Assembly: GCA_012798565.1 (NCBI GenBank) | Contig: JAAZMX010000036.1 | Coordinates: 1 to 40,309, forward strand | Reading direction: 5' to 3' | Length of the DNA: 40,309 bases | Source: Candidatus Kuenenbacteria bacterium | GTDB taxonomy: Bacteria > Patescibacteriota > Patescibacteriia > UBA2196 > GWA2-42-15 | Shown here: piece by piece, positions 18,169-26,750 of the stretch | Numbering within the stretch: position 1 is the first letter of the stretch | How the letters are laid out: the number at the start of each line of letters is the position of its first letter | Position numbers and translations under genes: made by a program | Notes under the pieces: generated by a model | The model's database searches: none | What the model saw: only the letters and a program-made list of their open reading frames with translations | What the model was told of the DNA's origin: nothing

Positions 18169-18197
18169 ATTTTATTCTCTCCCCTATTTTTTGTCAA
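18169..18197 (-). promoter_or_regulatory. sigma70 promoter of cassette 2 (leaderless transcript)
   Basis: TTGACA-N17-TAAAAT; ATG follows 6 nt after the -10. Confidence 0.75.
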
Positions 18198-18262
18198 ATA
18201 CCACCTCGCTCTTTATGTTTAAATGTTTATATGCTTAAATGCTTTTATGCTAAAATGTTTAT

Positions 18263-19210
18263 ATGACTAAAAGCTTCTGGCACCAGATCAAAAAACCAAT
18301 CCTCGCTCTCGCTCCCATGGCCGGCTACACCGACTCGGCTTTTCGCCTGCTCTGCCGAGAATCTGGCGCCGATGTTGTCTATTCGGAAATGATCTCCGTC
18401 GATGGCCTCTGCCACACCAACCAAAAAACTTTGGACATGCTAAAATTTCGCCCCCAAGAAACTCCGATTGTCTTCCAACTTTTCGGCACTGATCCAAAAA
18501 AATTTGCCACAGCTACCACAATAATTAATAAAATAATTACTAGCTACAAGTTGCCAATTACTAGTTACTTTGGCATTGATCTCAATTTCGGCTGTCCCGC
18601 TCCCAAGGTCGCCAAAAACGGCGCCGGCGCCGCTCTCATGAATGAATTGGAAAAATCCCATCAAATCATCAAGGCCGTTTGCGACCACAGCCAATTCCCC
18701 GTTTCCCTCAAAATACGCGCCGGAGTCAAAAATGTCACTGCCTTTGATTTTATTAATAAGGTCAAAGACTTGCCTTGGACTGCAGTAATGGTTCACGGTC
18801 GCACCTTGAAGCAAGGCTTTGTCGGCGATATTGACTGTCAAATAATAAAAGAAATCAAAAAGCTCATACCAGATAAAATCGTTCTGGCCAATGGTGGTAT
18901 CAATAACCTAGTGACTACTCAAAAAATCCTCTCCAAAACAAATGCTGACGGCCTTGGCTTGGCTCGCGGCGTTATTGGCAGCCCCTGGCTATTCAAAGAA
19001 ATAAAACAAAATAAAAGCCTTACCATCTCTGCTACGGCTCGCCGTAAAGTAATACTCCGCCAGGCCGAATTATTTTTGGAAGATAACCCCAATCTTATTC
19101 CTTTGCGCAAACATCTTGTCCATTATTTCAAAGGACAAAAAAATGCCTCCGAAATGAGACAAAAAATTATCCAAGTCACCGCGTTTACTGAACTCAAAAA
19201 TATTCTGTAA
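18263..19210 (+). CDS. tRNA-dihydrouridine synthase (DusB-like)
   Basis: LAPMAG, IDLNFGCP, VHGRT, ANGGI and RKHL motifs. Confidence 0.93.
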   Translation: MTKSFWHQIKKPILALAPMAGYTDSAFRLLCRESGADVVYSEMISVDGLCHTNQKTLDMLKFRPQETPIVFQLFGTDPKKFATATTIINKIITSYKLPITSYFGIDLNFGCPAPKVAKNGAGAALMNELEKSHQIIKAVCDHSQFPVSLKIRAGVKNVTAFDFINKVKDLPWTAVMVHGRTLKQGFVGDIDCQIIKEIKKLIPDKIVLANGGINNLVTTQKILSKTNADGLGLARGVIGSPWLFKEIKQNKSLTISATARRKVILRQAELFLEDNPNLIPLRKHLVHYFKGQKNASEMRQKIIQVTAFTELKNIL

Positions 19211-19255
19211 TCCCTATTTTAACTTATTCAACTTTATTAACTTAATTAACTTCCC

Positions 19256-19828
19256 TTAATACGCCGGCGGTCGCCCGGCTTTTGTTTTATGGCGCAAAAA
19301 TATCAAACCCACCAAGGGCAAAACTGTCCACCAAAATCTGGCCCTCTCCCCCATAAACGCATTTAACGCCCAGGGTGAAAATTGAGTCAAAAATTTTACC
19401 GGCAGAAAAGATAATAAAACTCCTACTAATAGCCCCCCATGAAATATCCCATTGATAATTGCCGACCCCCAACGTGTCAAAAAATTATTCACATAAACCG
19501 CTCGAAATAAATGCGTTCGCGATAAAACTATAGCCACGGCCACCGCCACGGCCAAGAGAATAATCAACTGCGCCAGCCAAAAAGTCGTTCCAAAAACACC
19601 CCAAATCTCAAAGGGAAACTCCCCAACCACTGTCAAACCGGCATATAACGAAAATAAATTAATCAAAATATTGTGTGGATCCATCAAAAAACCATAAATC
19701 AAAATCAAAACTACAAAAACAATGGCAATCAAAATATTGCCCACGTAACTAGTGTTAGTCATCTGACCAGCCACCGCGCTCACACTCTCCGGCGCTTTGA
19801 CTGATAAGTCTAAAATAAATAACCACAT
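19256..19828 (-). CDS. multi-pass membrane protein of unknown function
   Basis: About five hydrophobic segments and a basic C-terminal tail. Confidence 0.75.
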   Translation of the reverse strand: MWLFILDLSVKAPESVSAVAGQMTNTSYVGNILIAIVFVVLILIYGFLMDPHNILINLFSLYAGLTVVGEFPFEIWGVFGTTFWLAQLIILLAVAVAVAIVLSRTHLFRAVYVNNFLTRWGSAIINGIFHGGLLVGVLLSFLPVKFLTQFSPWALNAFMGERARFWWTVLPLVGLIFLRHKTKAGRPPAY

Positions 19829-19905
19829 ATATCTCTATTATAACACAACGACAATAAACAATGAACAATTAACAACTAACAATAAAAATTACGAGTCAGC
19901 GTTAT

Positions 19906-19961
19906 TTCCCCTCCTCAGATGAGGAGGGGTGGCCCGCCGATTCGGCGGGGCAGGGTGGTGG
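19906..19961. repeat. GC-rich double-hairpin palindromic element (intergenic copy of the rsmI insert family)
   Basis: CCCCTCCTC...GAGGAGGGG then TGG-CCCGCCGA-T-TCGGCGGG; same layout as 1523..1569 and related to 103..136. Confidence 0.75.
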
Positions 19962-20015
19962 GACAGTGACGCCAGATAGATAAAAAGACGGGTATAAACC
20001 CGCCCCTAAATTTTA

Positions 20016-21140
20016 TTAATCTATTTCTTCCCTCAATTCTTCCATCAACTCCTTGGCTTTCCGACTCAAACCCTCCGGTGTTTTCACAATTATTTCCACT
20101 AACTGATCACCCCGTCCTCGGCCATGTAGTCTTTGCACTCCTTTATCTGACAATTTAAATACCTTGCCGCTCTGTGTTCCTGCTGGTATTTTCAAGCTTA
20201 CCCAGCCATCCAGTGTCTCTACTTCCACTTTATCACCCAACGAGGCCTGGGCAATATTAATCTCTTTTATGGTCAAAATATCGTCTCCCTCGCGTTTAAA
20301 TCCTTTCGCCGGTTGAACTCTAAAAGTAATATACAAATCGCCAGCCGGACTTCCTTTTTCGCCGGCCTCACCCTCGCCAGTTAATTTTATACTCTGGCCG
20401 TTATCAATGCCCGCTGGAATTTTTATCTTCAACTGCTTTTCTTTTATCACCCTGCCATCACCGCCACACGCCTTACATGGCCTATCAGGTTTTTTCCCCC
20501 CACCTTCGCATTCAGGGCAAAGCTGCTCGCTTTGATAAACGCCAAAAATCGTTCTTTGCTGCTTCATCACTCGTCCCTTGCCACCGCAGGTTTTACAGGT
20601 TTCCAATTTAGCCGTATCATCATATCCTTTCCCTTGACAATTTTCACAGGTGGTTTGTTTTTCCACGCTGATAACTTTTTCCGCGCCAAAAGCCGACTCT
20701 TTTAAACTGATCTCCATCGTATATTCCAAATCGCTACCCCTAGCTCTACTGCTACCACCTCTCCGCCCTTGTCCGCCTCTCCCACCGAAAAACTCTCCAA
20801 AAATATCGCCTAAATCAAATTCTTCGCCATTAAACGAAAAGCCACCAGTGTTAAAACCGCCAGTGCCCCCAGCCTGTCTGGCAAAATCCTGCCAATTGAA
20901 ACCGCCGCCGTAACTCTGCCCGCCAGCACTATTAAAAGTCTGCCCAAACTGGTCGTACTGTTTGCGTTTGTCTGGGTTATTCAGAACTTGATAAGCTTCG
21001 TTTATTTCCTTGAACTTGGCCTCATTACCGCTCGCTTTATCCGGATGATGTTCGTGCGCCAGCTTGCGAAAAGCTTTCTTTATCTCTTCCTGTGTAGCTG
21101 ATCTAGATACACCAAGGATATCATAATAATCTTTCGCCAT
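20016..21140 (-). CDS. dnaJ: chaperone DnaJ
   Basis: HPD J-domain, G/F-rich region, four CxxCxGxG repeats. Confidence 0.98.
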   Translation of the reverse strand: MAKDYYDILGVSRSATQEEIKKAFRKLAHEHHPDKASGNEAKFKEINEAYQVLNNPDKRKQYDQFGQTFNSAGGQSYGGGFNWQDFARQAGGTGGFNTGGFSFNGEEFDLGDIFGEFFGGRGGQGRRGGSSRARGSDLEYTMEISLKESAFGAEKVISVEKQTTCENCQGKGYDDTAKLETCKTCGGKGRVMKQQRTIFGVYQSEQLCPECEGGGKKPDRPCKACGGDGRVIKEKQLKIKIPAGIDNGQSIKLTGEGEAGEKGSPAGDLYITFRVQPAKGFKREGDDILTIKEINIAQASLGDKVEVETLDGWVSLKIPAGTQSGKVFKLSDKGVQRLHGRGRGDQLVEIIVKTPEGLSRKAKELMEELREEID

Positions 21141-21214
21141 GTAAAAACCATTTTCTAATTTTAAAAATTAAAAATTAGAATTTATTTAAAAATTACAAAA
21201 TTAAAAACTTAAAA

Positions 21215-21508
21215 TTATCCCTTAAACCCCATCTCTGCCGGCTCCTCTGCTATCTGCACTTTGCCAAAACCGCTCTCGTACTTCGCCATATTGTCCTGCA
21301 AAGCCGCGATCACTCTTTTCATGTGTCCCGGCGACATGATCACCCGACTGCCCACAATCCCGACTCCTTGTACTGGCGATAGATTCATAAAGTCCAGTAT
21401 AAACTCCTCTTTGGAGTGCATCACCTGCATGGCGTTGGCATAAAACCCTTTCAAAATCTCATCGGAGACTTTGATCTGGAGTTGCTTTTGCTGTTGATTG
21501 TTTTCCAT
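21215..21508 (-). CDS. DUF3467-like protein
   Basis: GFYAN, EEFILDF and RVIMSPGHMKR pattern. Confidence 0.8.
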   Translation of the reverse strand: MENNQQQKQLQIKVSDEILKGFYANAMQVMHSKEEFILDFMNLSPVQGVGIVGSRVIMSPGHMKRVIAALQDNMAKYESGFGKVQIAEEPAEMGFKG

Positions 21509-21591
21509 GTGTTTAATTAGTTAATAATAAACAAAAATATAATTTCTAGCGGGTTTTATTCACGCTCCAACGCCTTGAATTCTTTTACAAG

Positions 21592-23511
21592 TTACGAGTT
21601 ACTATCCTTCTTCACTTCCTCATACTGTGCCTCTTCCGCCTTTTTCTCCTCGCCAGCTGGTTGTTCCTCAGCCGATTGCTTGTCCGCCGTAGCCTCAGCA
21701 GGAGCTGATTGTTGGGCTTTATACATTGCCTCCCCGATCTTCTGTGCCGCCGTCGACAATTCTTCGGTCGCTTTTTTTATCGCTTCCATATCTTCACCGT
21801 CTTTGACTTTTTTCAAAGCTTCCAGTTTTTCTTCCACGTTTTTCTTTGTTTCGGCGTCCACTTTATCCCCTGCATCTTTCAGAGCCTTTTCCGTTGTATA
21901 ACTCAAAGTTTCCGCCATATTTTTGGTCTCAATCTGCTCTTTTTTCTTCTTATCATCTTCGGCGTGCGCTTCAGCTTCTTTCTTCATGCGTTCCACTTCA
22001 TCCTTAGACAAGCCAGTTGAAGCGGTAATAGTAATATGCTGTTCCTTGCCTGTGGCTCTATCTTTTGCTTTGACATTCAAAATGCCATTGGCATCAATAT
22101 CAAAAGTCACTTCAATCTGCGGAATGCCTCTTGGTGCTGGCGGAATACCGTCCAAAATAAATCTACCCAAAGTTTTATTATCCGCCGCCATCGGCCGCTC
22201 GCCTTGCAGGACATGGATTTCTACCGATGGCTGATTATCAGCTGCGGTGGAAAATACTTGCGACTTGGAAGTCGGAATTGTCGTATTTCTCTCAATCAAA
22301 GGCGTCGCTACGCTGCCCAAAGTTTCAATCCCCAGCGTCAATGGCGTCACATCCAAAAGCAACACATCTTTTACATCGCCTTGCAGTACTCCTGCTTGCA
22401 CTGCCGCGCCAGCCGCCACTACTTCGTCCGGATTCACGCTCATATTTGGTTTTTTACCAAAAAATTTCTCCACTGTCTGCTGTACTAAGGGCATTCTAGT
22501 CATACCGCCAACCAAAACCACTTCTTCGATATCACTCGCTTTAAAACCAGCATCAGCCAAAGCTTTTTTGGTTGGTTCTAGGGTTTTTTCTACTAAATCT
22601 CCCACCAATTCCTCTAGCTTGGCCCGGCTCATTTTAATCAACATATGTTTTGGGCCATCAGCACCCGAGGTAATAAACGGCTGGTTAATTTCTGTTTCCT
22701 GGGCTGTGGATAATTCAATCTTCGCCTTTTCCGCCGCTTCTTTGACTCTCTGCAAAGCCATCGGGTCTTTTGATAAATCAATACCTTCTTGTTTTTTAAA
22801 TTCCTCCAAAATCCAACCCATTATTCTTTGATCAAAATCATCACCGCCCAAATGCGTGTCGCCGTTGGTTGATTTGACTTCCACGGTATCGGCCGCCACA
22901 TCCAAAACGGAAATATCAAAAGTTCCGCCACCCAAATCATAAACCGCGATCTGCTGGCCTTGTTTTTTTTCAAAACCATAAGCCAAAGCCGCCGCGGTCG
23001 GCTCGTTGATAATTCTTTTCACCGTCAAACCGGCAATTTCGCCCGCTTCCTTGGTTGCTTGTCTTTGTGCGTCATCAAAATAAGCCGGTACGGTAATTAC
23101 CGCTTCAGTTATTTTTTCGCCCAACTTTTCTTCAGCATCCGCTTTGAGCTTCCCCAAAACCATGGCCGAAATTTCTTGCGGCGTATAGTCTTTACCAGAC
23201 ATTTCTACTTTTACGCCTGCGCCAGATTGTTTGATTTTAAAAGGTGTTGATTTCAAATCTCTCTGCACCTCTTCATCTTCAAAACGACGGCCAATTAAAC
23301 GCTTGATAGAAAACAAGGTATTCGTCGGGTTAGTTACCGCCTGGCGCTTAGCCAAAAGACCGACCAGTCTTTCCCCGGTCTTATTAATCGCCACAATCGA
23401 CGGCGTGGTACGATTGCCTTCTTTATTTTCCAAAATTTTTGGGGCTCCGCCTTCCATGATCGCCATGCAAGAATTAGTTGTCCCAAGATCAATACCTAAT
23501 ATTTTTGCCAT
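21592..23511 (-). CDS. dnaK: chaperone DnaK (Hsp70)
   Basis: [15 protein letters not shown] and DLGGGTFD motifs. Confidence 0.99.
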   Translation of the reverse strand: MAKILGIDLGTTNSCMAIMEGGAPKILENKEGNRTTPSIVAINKTGERLVGLLAKRQAVTNPTNTLFSIKRLIGRRFEDEEVQRDLKSTPFKIKQSGAGVKVEMSGKDYTPQEISAMVLGKLKADAEEKLGEKITEAVITVPAYFDDAQRQATKEAGEIAGLTVKRIINEPTAAALAYGFEKKQGQQIAVYDLGGGTFDISVLDVAADTVEVKSTNGDTHLGGDDFDQRIMGWILEEFKKQEGIDLSKDPMALQRVKEAAEKAKIELSTAQETEINQPFITSGADGPKHMLIKMSRAKLEELVGDLVEKTLEPTKKALADAGFKASDIEEVVLVGGMTRMPLVQQTVEKFFGKKPNMSVNPDEVVAAGAAVQAGVLQGDVKDVLLLDVTPLTLGIETLGSVATPLIERNTTIPTSKSQVFSTAADNQPSVEIHVLQGERPMAADNKTLGRFILDGIPPAPRGIPQIEVTFDIDANGILNVKAKDRATGKEQHITITASTGLSKDEVERMKKEAEAHAEDDKKKKEQIETKNMAETLSYTTEKALKDAGDKVDAETKKNVEEKLEALKKVKDGEDMEAIKKATEELSTAAQKIGEAMYKAQQSAPAEATADKQSAEEQPAGEEKKAEEAQYEEVKKDSNS

Positions 23512-23526
23512 ATATTTTTTATAAAG

Positions 23527-23698
23527 TTTATCCCAAGCGAGGAGCTACTGCGACGAATCGAAAGATTCCATCAGCCTATCACTTCGCTCTGAATAATTAA
23601 TAATAAATAAATTTATAAAATCCCCAAGGGATCCCGCAAAAATTAATCTCTTAACTCTCACGGGATCCCTCCCCGATATTAATCGGGGTCGGGATAAA
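23527..23698. repeat. two oppositely oriented palindromic elements of the mutM-insert family
   Basis: 23662..23698 GGGATCCCTC...TCGGGATAAA has the same 10-nt flanks as the reverse complement of 14682..14709; degenerate copy at 23527..23569. Confidence 0.65.
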
Positions 23699-23710
23699 TT
23701 TCAACCAACG

Positions 23711-24127
23711 TTACTTCTTCACCTCTACCTTTACCTTTTTCGGCTTGGCTCTTTCCTCTTTTGGCACGGTAATTTTCAAAATACCTTTCTCGTATTCTGC
23801 TTTGGCTTCGTCGCTTTTCACACTTGACGGCAGAGCCACTGCCCGGTGAAACGATCCAGAGCGTACCTCTTTACGATAATAATTCTTTTCCTCGACTTCA
23901 GTCTTCTTTTCGCTGGCGCCTTCAATCGTCAGTACGTCATTTTCAATCGAAATATTGACCTGCTCTGGATTAACGCCGGGAAGTGGTGTTTCTACATAAA
24001 CACTGTTCTCGTCCTCCCAGACATCAACCGCAGGCGCGAAACTGGCCATGCTGCCAGTCGGCCAATCTAGCCAACGCTCCATCTCGTTAAACGGATCAAG
24101 CATCGGCGTCCATTTTATAATTGACAT
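23711..24127 (-). CDS. Hsp20/alpha-crystallin small heat shock protein
   Basis: PAVDVWE, LPGV, GSFHR and GILKITVPK motifs; probable start MSIIKW at 24127 with AGAGG SD. Confidence 0.93.
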   Translation of the reverse strand: MSIIKWTPMLDPFNEMERWLDWPTGSMASFAPAVDVWEDENSVYVETPLPGVNPEQVNISIENDVLTIEGASEKKTEVEEKNYYRKEVRSGSFHRAVALPSSVKSDEAKAEYEKGILKITVPKEERAKPKKVKVEVKK

Positions 24128-24188
24128 AATATCCTCTGTTTTTGCTCTTGACGCTCTGGTCAAAATAGCAAATTAATAATAATCAAAT

Positions 24189-24698
24189 TTATTCTACCGT
24201 CACTCGAGCCGGATATAGCACCTTGCCATATAATTTATAACCGCCACGCAATTCCTCTTTAATTTTACCCTTATGCTCTTCGTTTTTCGCGTTTTCCGCT
24301 GCGACAGCTTCATGCTCTTCTGGATTAAAATCTTCCCCCACTGTTTTTATCTCTTCTACTCCATTTTCGGCCAAAAATTTACCAAATTGATTTTTAATAT
24401 TTTCTACTCCTACTATCCAACTTTCTTTCTTTTTTTCTTCAGGCACGTGTTTCATCGCCAGCTTCAAATGATCATAAATCGGCAATAATTCTGTCAAAAG
24501 TCCCTGATTGGCAAATTTTATCCATTCTGCCTTTTCTCTTTCTGTGGTCTTCTGTAAGTTTAAATAATCGGCCTGCGCTCTTTTCCATCCAGCCAGATAC
24601 TCTGCGCACTTGCTCTCTGTTTTATTCTGTTCTTGTTCTCCAGTTATTTGCTCTTCAGCTTGTGTCTCATCCAACTGTTCGTCTTTTTTTGTCAACAT
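24189..24698 (-). CDS. grpE: nucleotide exchange factor GrpE
   Basis: RAQADYLN, FNPEEHEAV and GYKL..KVLYPARV motifs. Confidence 0.95.
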   Translation of the reverse strand: MLTKKDEQLDETQAEEQITGEQEQNKTESKCAEYLAGWKRAQADYLNLQKTTEREKAEWIKFANQGLLTELLPIYDHLKLAMKHVPEEKKKESWIVGVENIKNQFGKFLAENGVEEIKTVGEDFNPEEHEAVAAENAKNEEHKGKIKEELRGGYKLYGKVLYPARVTVE

Positions 24699-24714
24699 AT
24701 TTTTTCTTTTTTTC

Positions 24715-25398
24715 TTAATTTAATAATTCTTTAGCAAAGTTTATCAAACCCAAATTTCTCTCATAATTCATACGCATTGGACCAATCAAACCCAATACTT
24801 GGCCGTCTTTTTTGGTAAAAATACTGGCACACATCGGTGAAAAATGATTTTCCTTGCCTATCCTGATTTCTGTTTCTTCGATCTGATCAAAAATCCTGTC
24901 TACCACCTCATCAATATTGTCCGCCACCGCAGCAATATTTTGAACTAAATTAAAATTATAAAATTCTGGTTGGGTCAAAAGATTAGACAAGCCGGTATAA
25001 TAAGTATTGTGTCTGCCCAAACAATAAACGGCCGCCACTTCGGATAATTCTGCCAAAACTTTTACTACATTTTTGGGCCCGATGTTTTCTGTCATCTTGC
25101 CTGCATTTTGCTTTGCTTTCTTAATCAAATTTTTATCCTTTTCACTAATCTTTCCTTCGTTTGATAAATAATTTTTAATAAAATAATTAAACCCTCTTTC
25201 TGTCGGTACCCGACCGGCCGAGGTGTGGGGTTGATAAATCAAACCGGCGTCCTCCAGCTCCACCATGTCATTTCTGATCGTGGCCGATGACACTCCTAGA
25301 TCATATTTTTCCGCCAAAAACTCGGAACCAACTGCTCTGGCTGACTCAACATACTCGCGCACAATATTTTGGAATAATTCTTTTTGTCTATCGTTCAT
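24715..25398 (-). CDS. hrcA: heat-inducible transcription repressor (short form)
   Basis: SSATIRNDM, QPHTSAGRVPT and GPMRMNY motifs; CIRCE upstream. Confidence 0.93.
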   Translation of the reverse strand: MNDRQKELFQNIVREYVESARAVGSEFLAEKYDLGVSSATIRNDMVELEDAGLIYQPHTSAGRVPTERGFNYFIKNYLSNEGKISEKDKNLIKKAKQNAGKMTENIGPKNVVKVLAELSEVAAVYCLGRHNTYYTGLSNLLTQPEFYNFNLVQNIAAVADNIDEVVDRIFDQIEETEIRIGKENHFSPMCASIFTKKDGQVLGLIGPMRMNYERNLGLINFAKELLN

Positions 25399-25439
25399 AA
25401 ATTAAAATTTTTTTACTCAAATATATTATATCGCACCGT

Positions 25440-25466
25440 TTAGCACTCGTCAAGTCTGAGTGCTAA
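25440..25466. promoter_or_regulatory. CIRCE operator
   Basis: Exact TTAGCACTC-N9-GAGTGCTAA; overlaps a minus-strand TTGACG-N17-TATAAT promoter. Confidence 0.97.
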
Positions 25467-25504
25467 TTTAAATATATCACCTCCCAAAATTCTGTCAAAC
25501 CCAA

Positions 25505-25662
25505 TAAGGCATGATTAATTCTAAATCAAAATATCAAAAGGCTGCCGATCTTTTCCAGGGCTCAGAAATTCTTTGAGTTTAATCCGAGATGTGTCGGACA
25601 TTGATTTCTGAGCCCGTTTTTTAATCGGCAGCCTTCTGACTTAAAATATTAAATTTTAACCC
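25505..25662 (-). ncRNA. candidate rod-shaped ncRNA (6S-like or novel)
   Basis: Two perfect 12-bp stems (25538-49/25624-35 and 25558-69/25604-15); promoter TTGCCG-N17-TATAAT at 25668..25696. Confidence 0.55.
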
Positions 25663-25701
25663 TAAATATTATAACGCCAAAAACAAAACTCGGCAAGAGT
25701 C

Positions 25702-25737
25702 AAAAATCCCTTTGACCAATTTTGGCCAAAGGGATTT
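25702..25737 (-). terminator. intrinsic terminator closing the upstream candidate ncRNA
   Basis: AAATCCCTTTGGCCAA/TTGGTCAAAGGGATTT followed by TT; the G-U pair favours the minus strand. Confidence 0.75.
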
Positions 25738-25960
25738 GATTAAATTAAATAATTTGGAGGTTAAAGTCCACCATGGGTGGATTATTAACCATGGATAATA
25801 GCATGACTATAAAAAGGTGTAATGTAAGCTAAAAGCTTTATTACTAAAAATACTAATCAGCTGGTTAAATCCAGTCGAAACCAAATTATAACCAGTAACT
25901 AATATTTAAACCTCCAAATTACTTAATTTAACTCTGTTCTAGCTATTTTATTGTCAATTC
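25702..25960 (-). ncRNA. candidate multibranch structured ncRNA (about 250 nt)
   Basis: 24-bp closing stem 25739-62/25909-32, internal hairpins, consensus promoter and terminator, no convincing ORF. Confidence 0.55.
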
Positions 25961-25965
25961 AAAAT

Positions 25966-25994
25966 ATTATAACATATATATAAAATCTTGTCAA
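25966..25994 (-). promoter_or_regulatory. consensus sigma70 promoter with extended -10
   Basis: TTGACA-N17-TATAAT with TG at the extended -10 position. Confidence 0.8.
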
Positions 25995-26104
25995 TAGAAA
26001 ACAACAAAAAATATCTACTTAACCAAAAATTTTAACTAATTTTAGCCAAAATAAAAAACAGACAAAAAAATCAATTTTATCTGTTTTTTATTCTTTATTT
26101 CTTA

Positions 26105-26746
26105 TCAGCACTTTTCCCCTTTCTTGAAATCATGTTTACTGACAATTATTATATAAGCGTAAATAATATGCAAAGTAACCGCCACGTTGCTCACATATAA
26201 AACGCCGTTAGCAAACCCAAAGCTAAACCAGCCCGCCACCAATCCTACCGCCGCCGCATACAATGGCGATTTATAATAATTTAATTTAGCCACTGGCTTT
26301 ATCAGCCAGTCACTCGGCCGATTTTCATTTCTCTGAATTATAACCAATAAATAAACCACTGGCACTGCCAATAAATTATAAGCCAGAGCCTTAACGTTCA
26401 AAAGATCGATCCTGATCATCGCCAAAACTGCCAAAGTATAAACCGCCTGATCAGTCAGCACGTCAATAAATTTGCCTCGATCTGAATTTTGACCGCTATA
26501 TCGGGCTAACGATCCGTCAAAAACATCAAAAATGTAACTGGATAAAAAAATAACCACCGCGCCCGGCAATGAATACTTTACCACCCCAAGTGCAATTACC
26601 GCCAAAGCTACCTTGGCCGTGCTTATTATATTTCCGGTTAACCCCAGCTTATGCAAATAAAACAAGGGTCGCTTTAGCCACCCGTCTTTTGTTTTTTGTA
26701 TTTTTACATTCCAAACTTCTAGCTGCTTATCTAATTTTTCCCACAT
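26105..26746 (-). CDS. CDP-alcohol phosphatidyltransferase family protein
   Basis: DVFDGSLAR...GKFIDVLTD signature; multiple TM segments. Confidence 0.9.
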   Translation of the reverse strand: MWEKLDKQLEVWNVKIQKTKDGWLKRPLFYLHKLGLTGNIISTAKVALAVIALGVVKYSLPGAVVIFLSSYIFDVFDGSLARYSGQNSDRGKFIDVLTDQAVYTLAVLAMIRIDLLNVKALAYNLLAVPVVYLLVIIQRNENRPSDWLIKPVAKLNYYKSPLYAAAVGLVAGWFSFGFANGVLYVSNVAVTLHIIYAYIIIVSKHDFKKGEKC

Positions 26747-26750
26747 AAAA

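Noticed and set aside
16026..18200. Integrative element or prophage at tRNA-Tyr
   Set aside because: No integrase and no duplicated tRNA 3' end seen
21575..23524. Multiple long plus-strand ORFs antisense to dnaK
   Set aside because: Shadow ORFs opposite a highly conserved gene; no SD or family motifs
25773..25832. Plus-strand mini-ORF MGGLLTMDNSMTIKRCNVS after GGAGG (possible type I toxin)
   Set aside because: Not hydrophobic, long SD spacing, and promoter, terminator and G-U pairs all point to minus-strand transcription
25739..25932. Retron msr/msd interpretation of the inverted-repeat-bounded RNA
   Set aside because: No reverse transcriptase gene is adjacent or anywhere in the window
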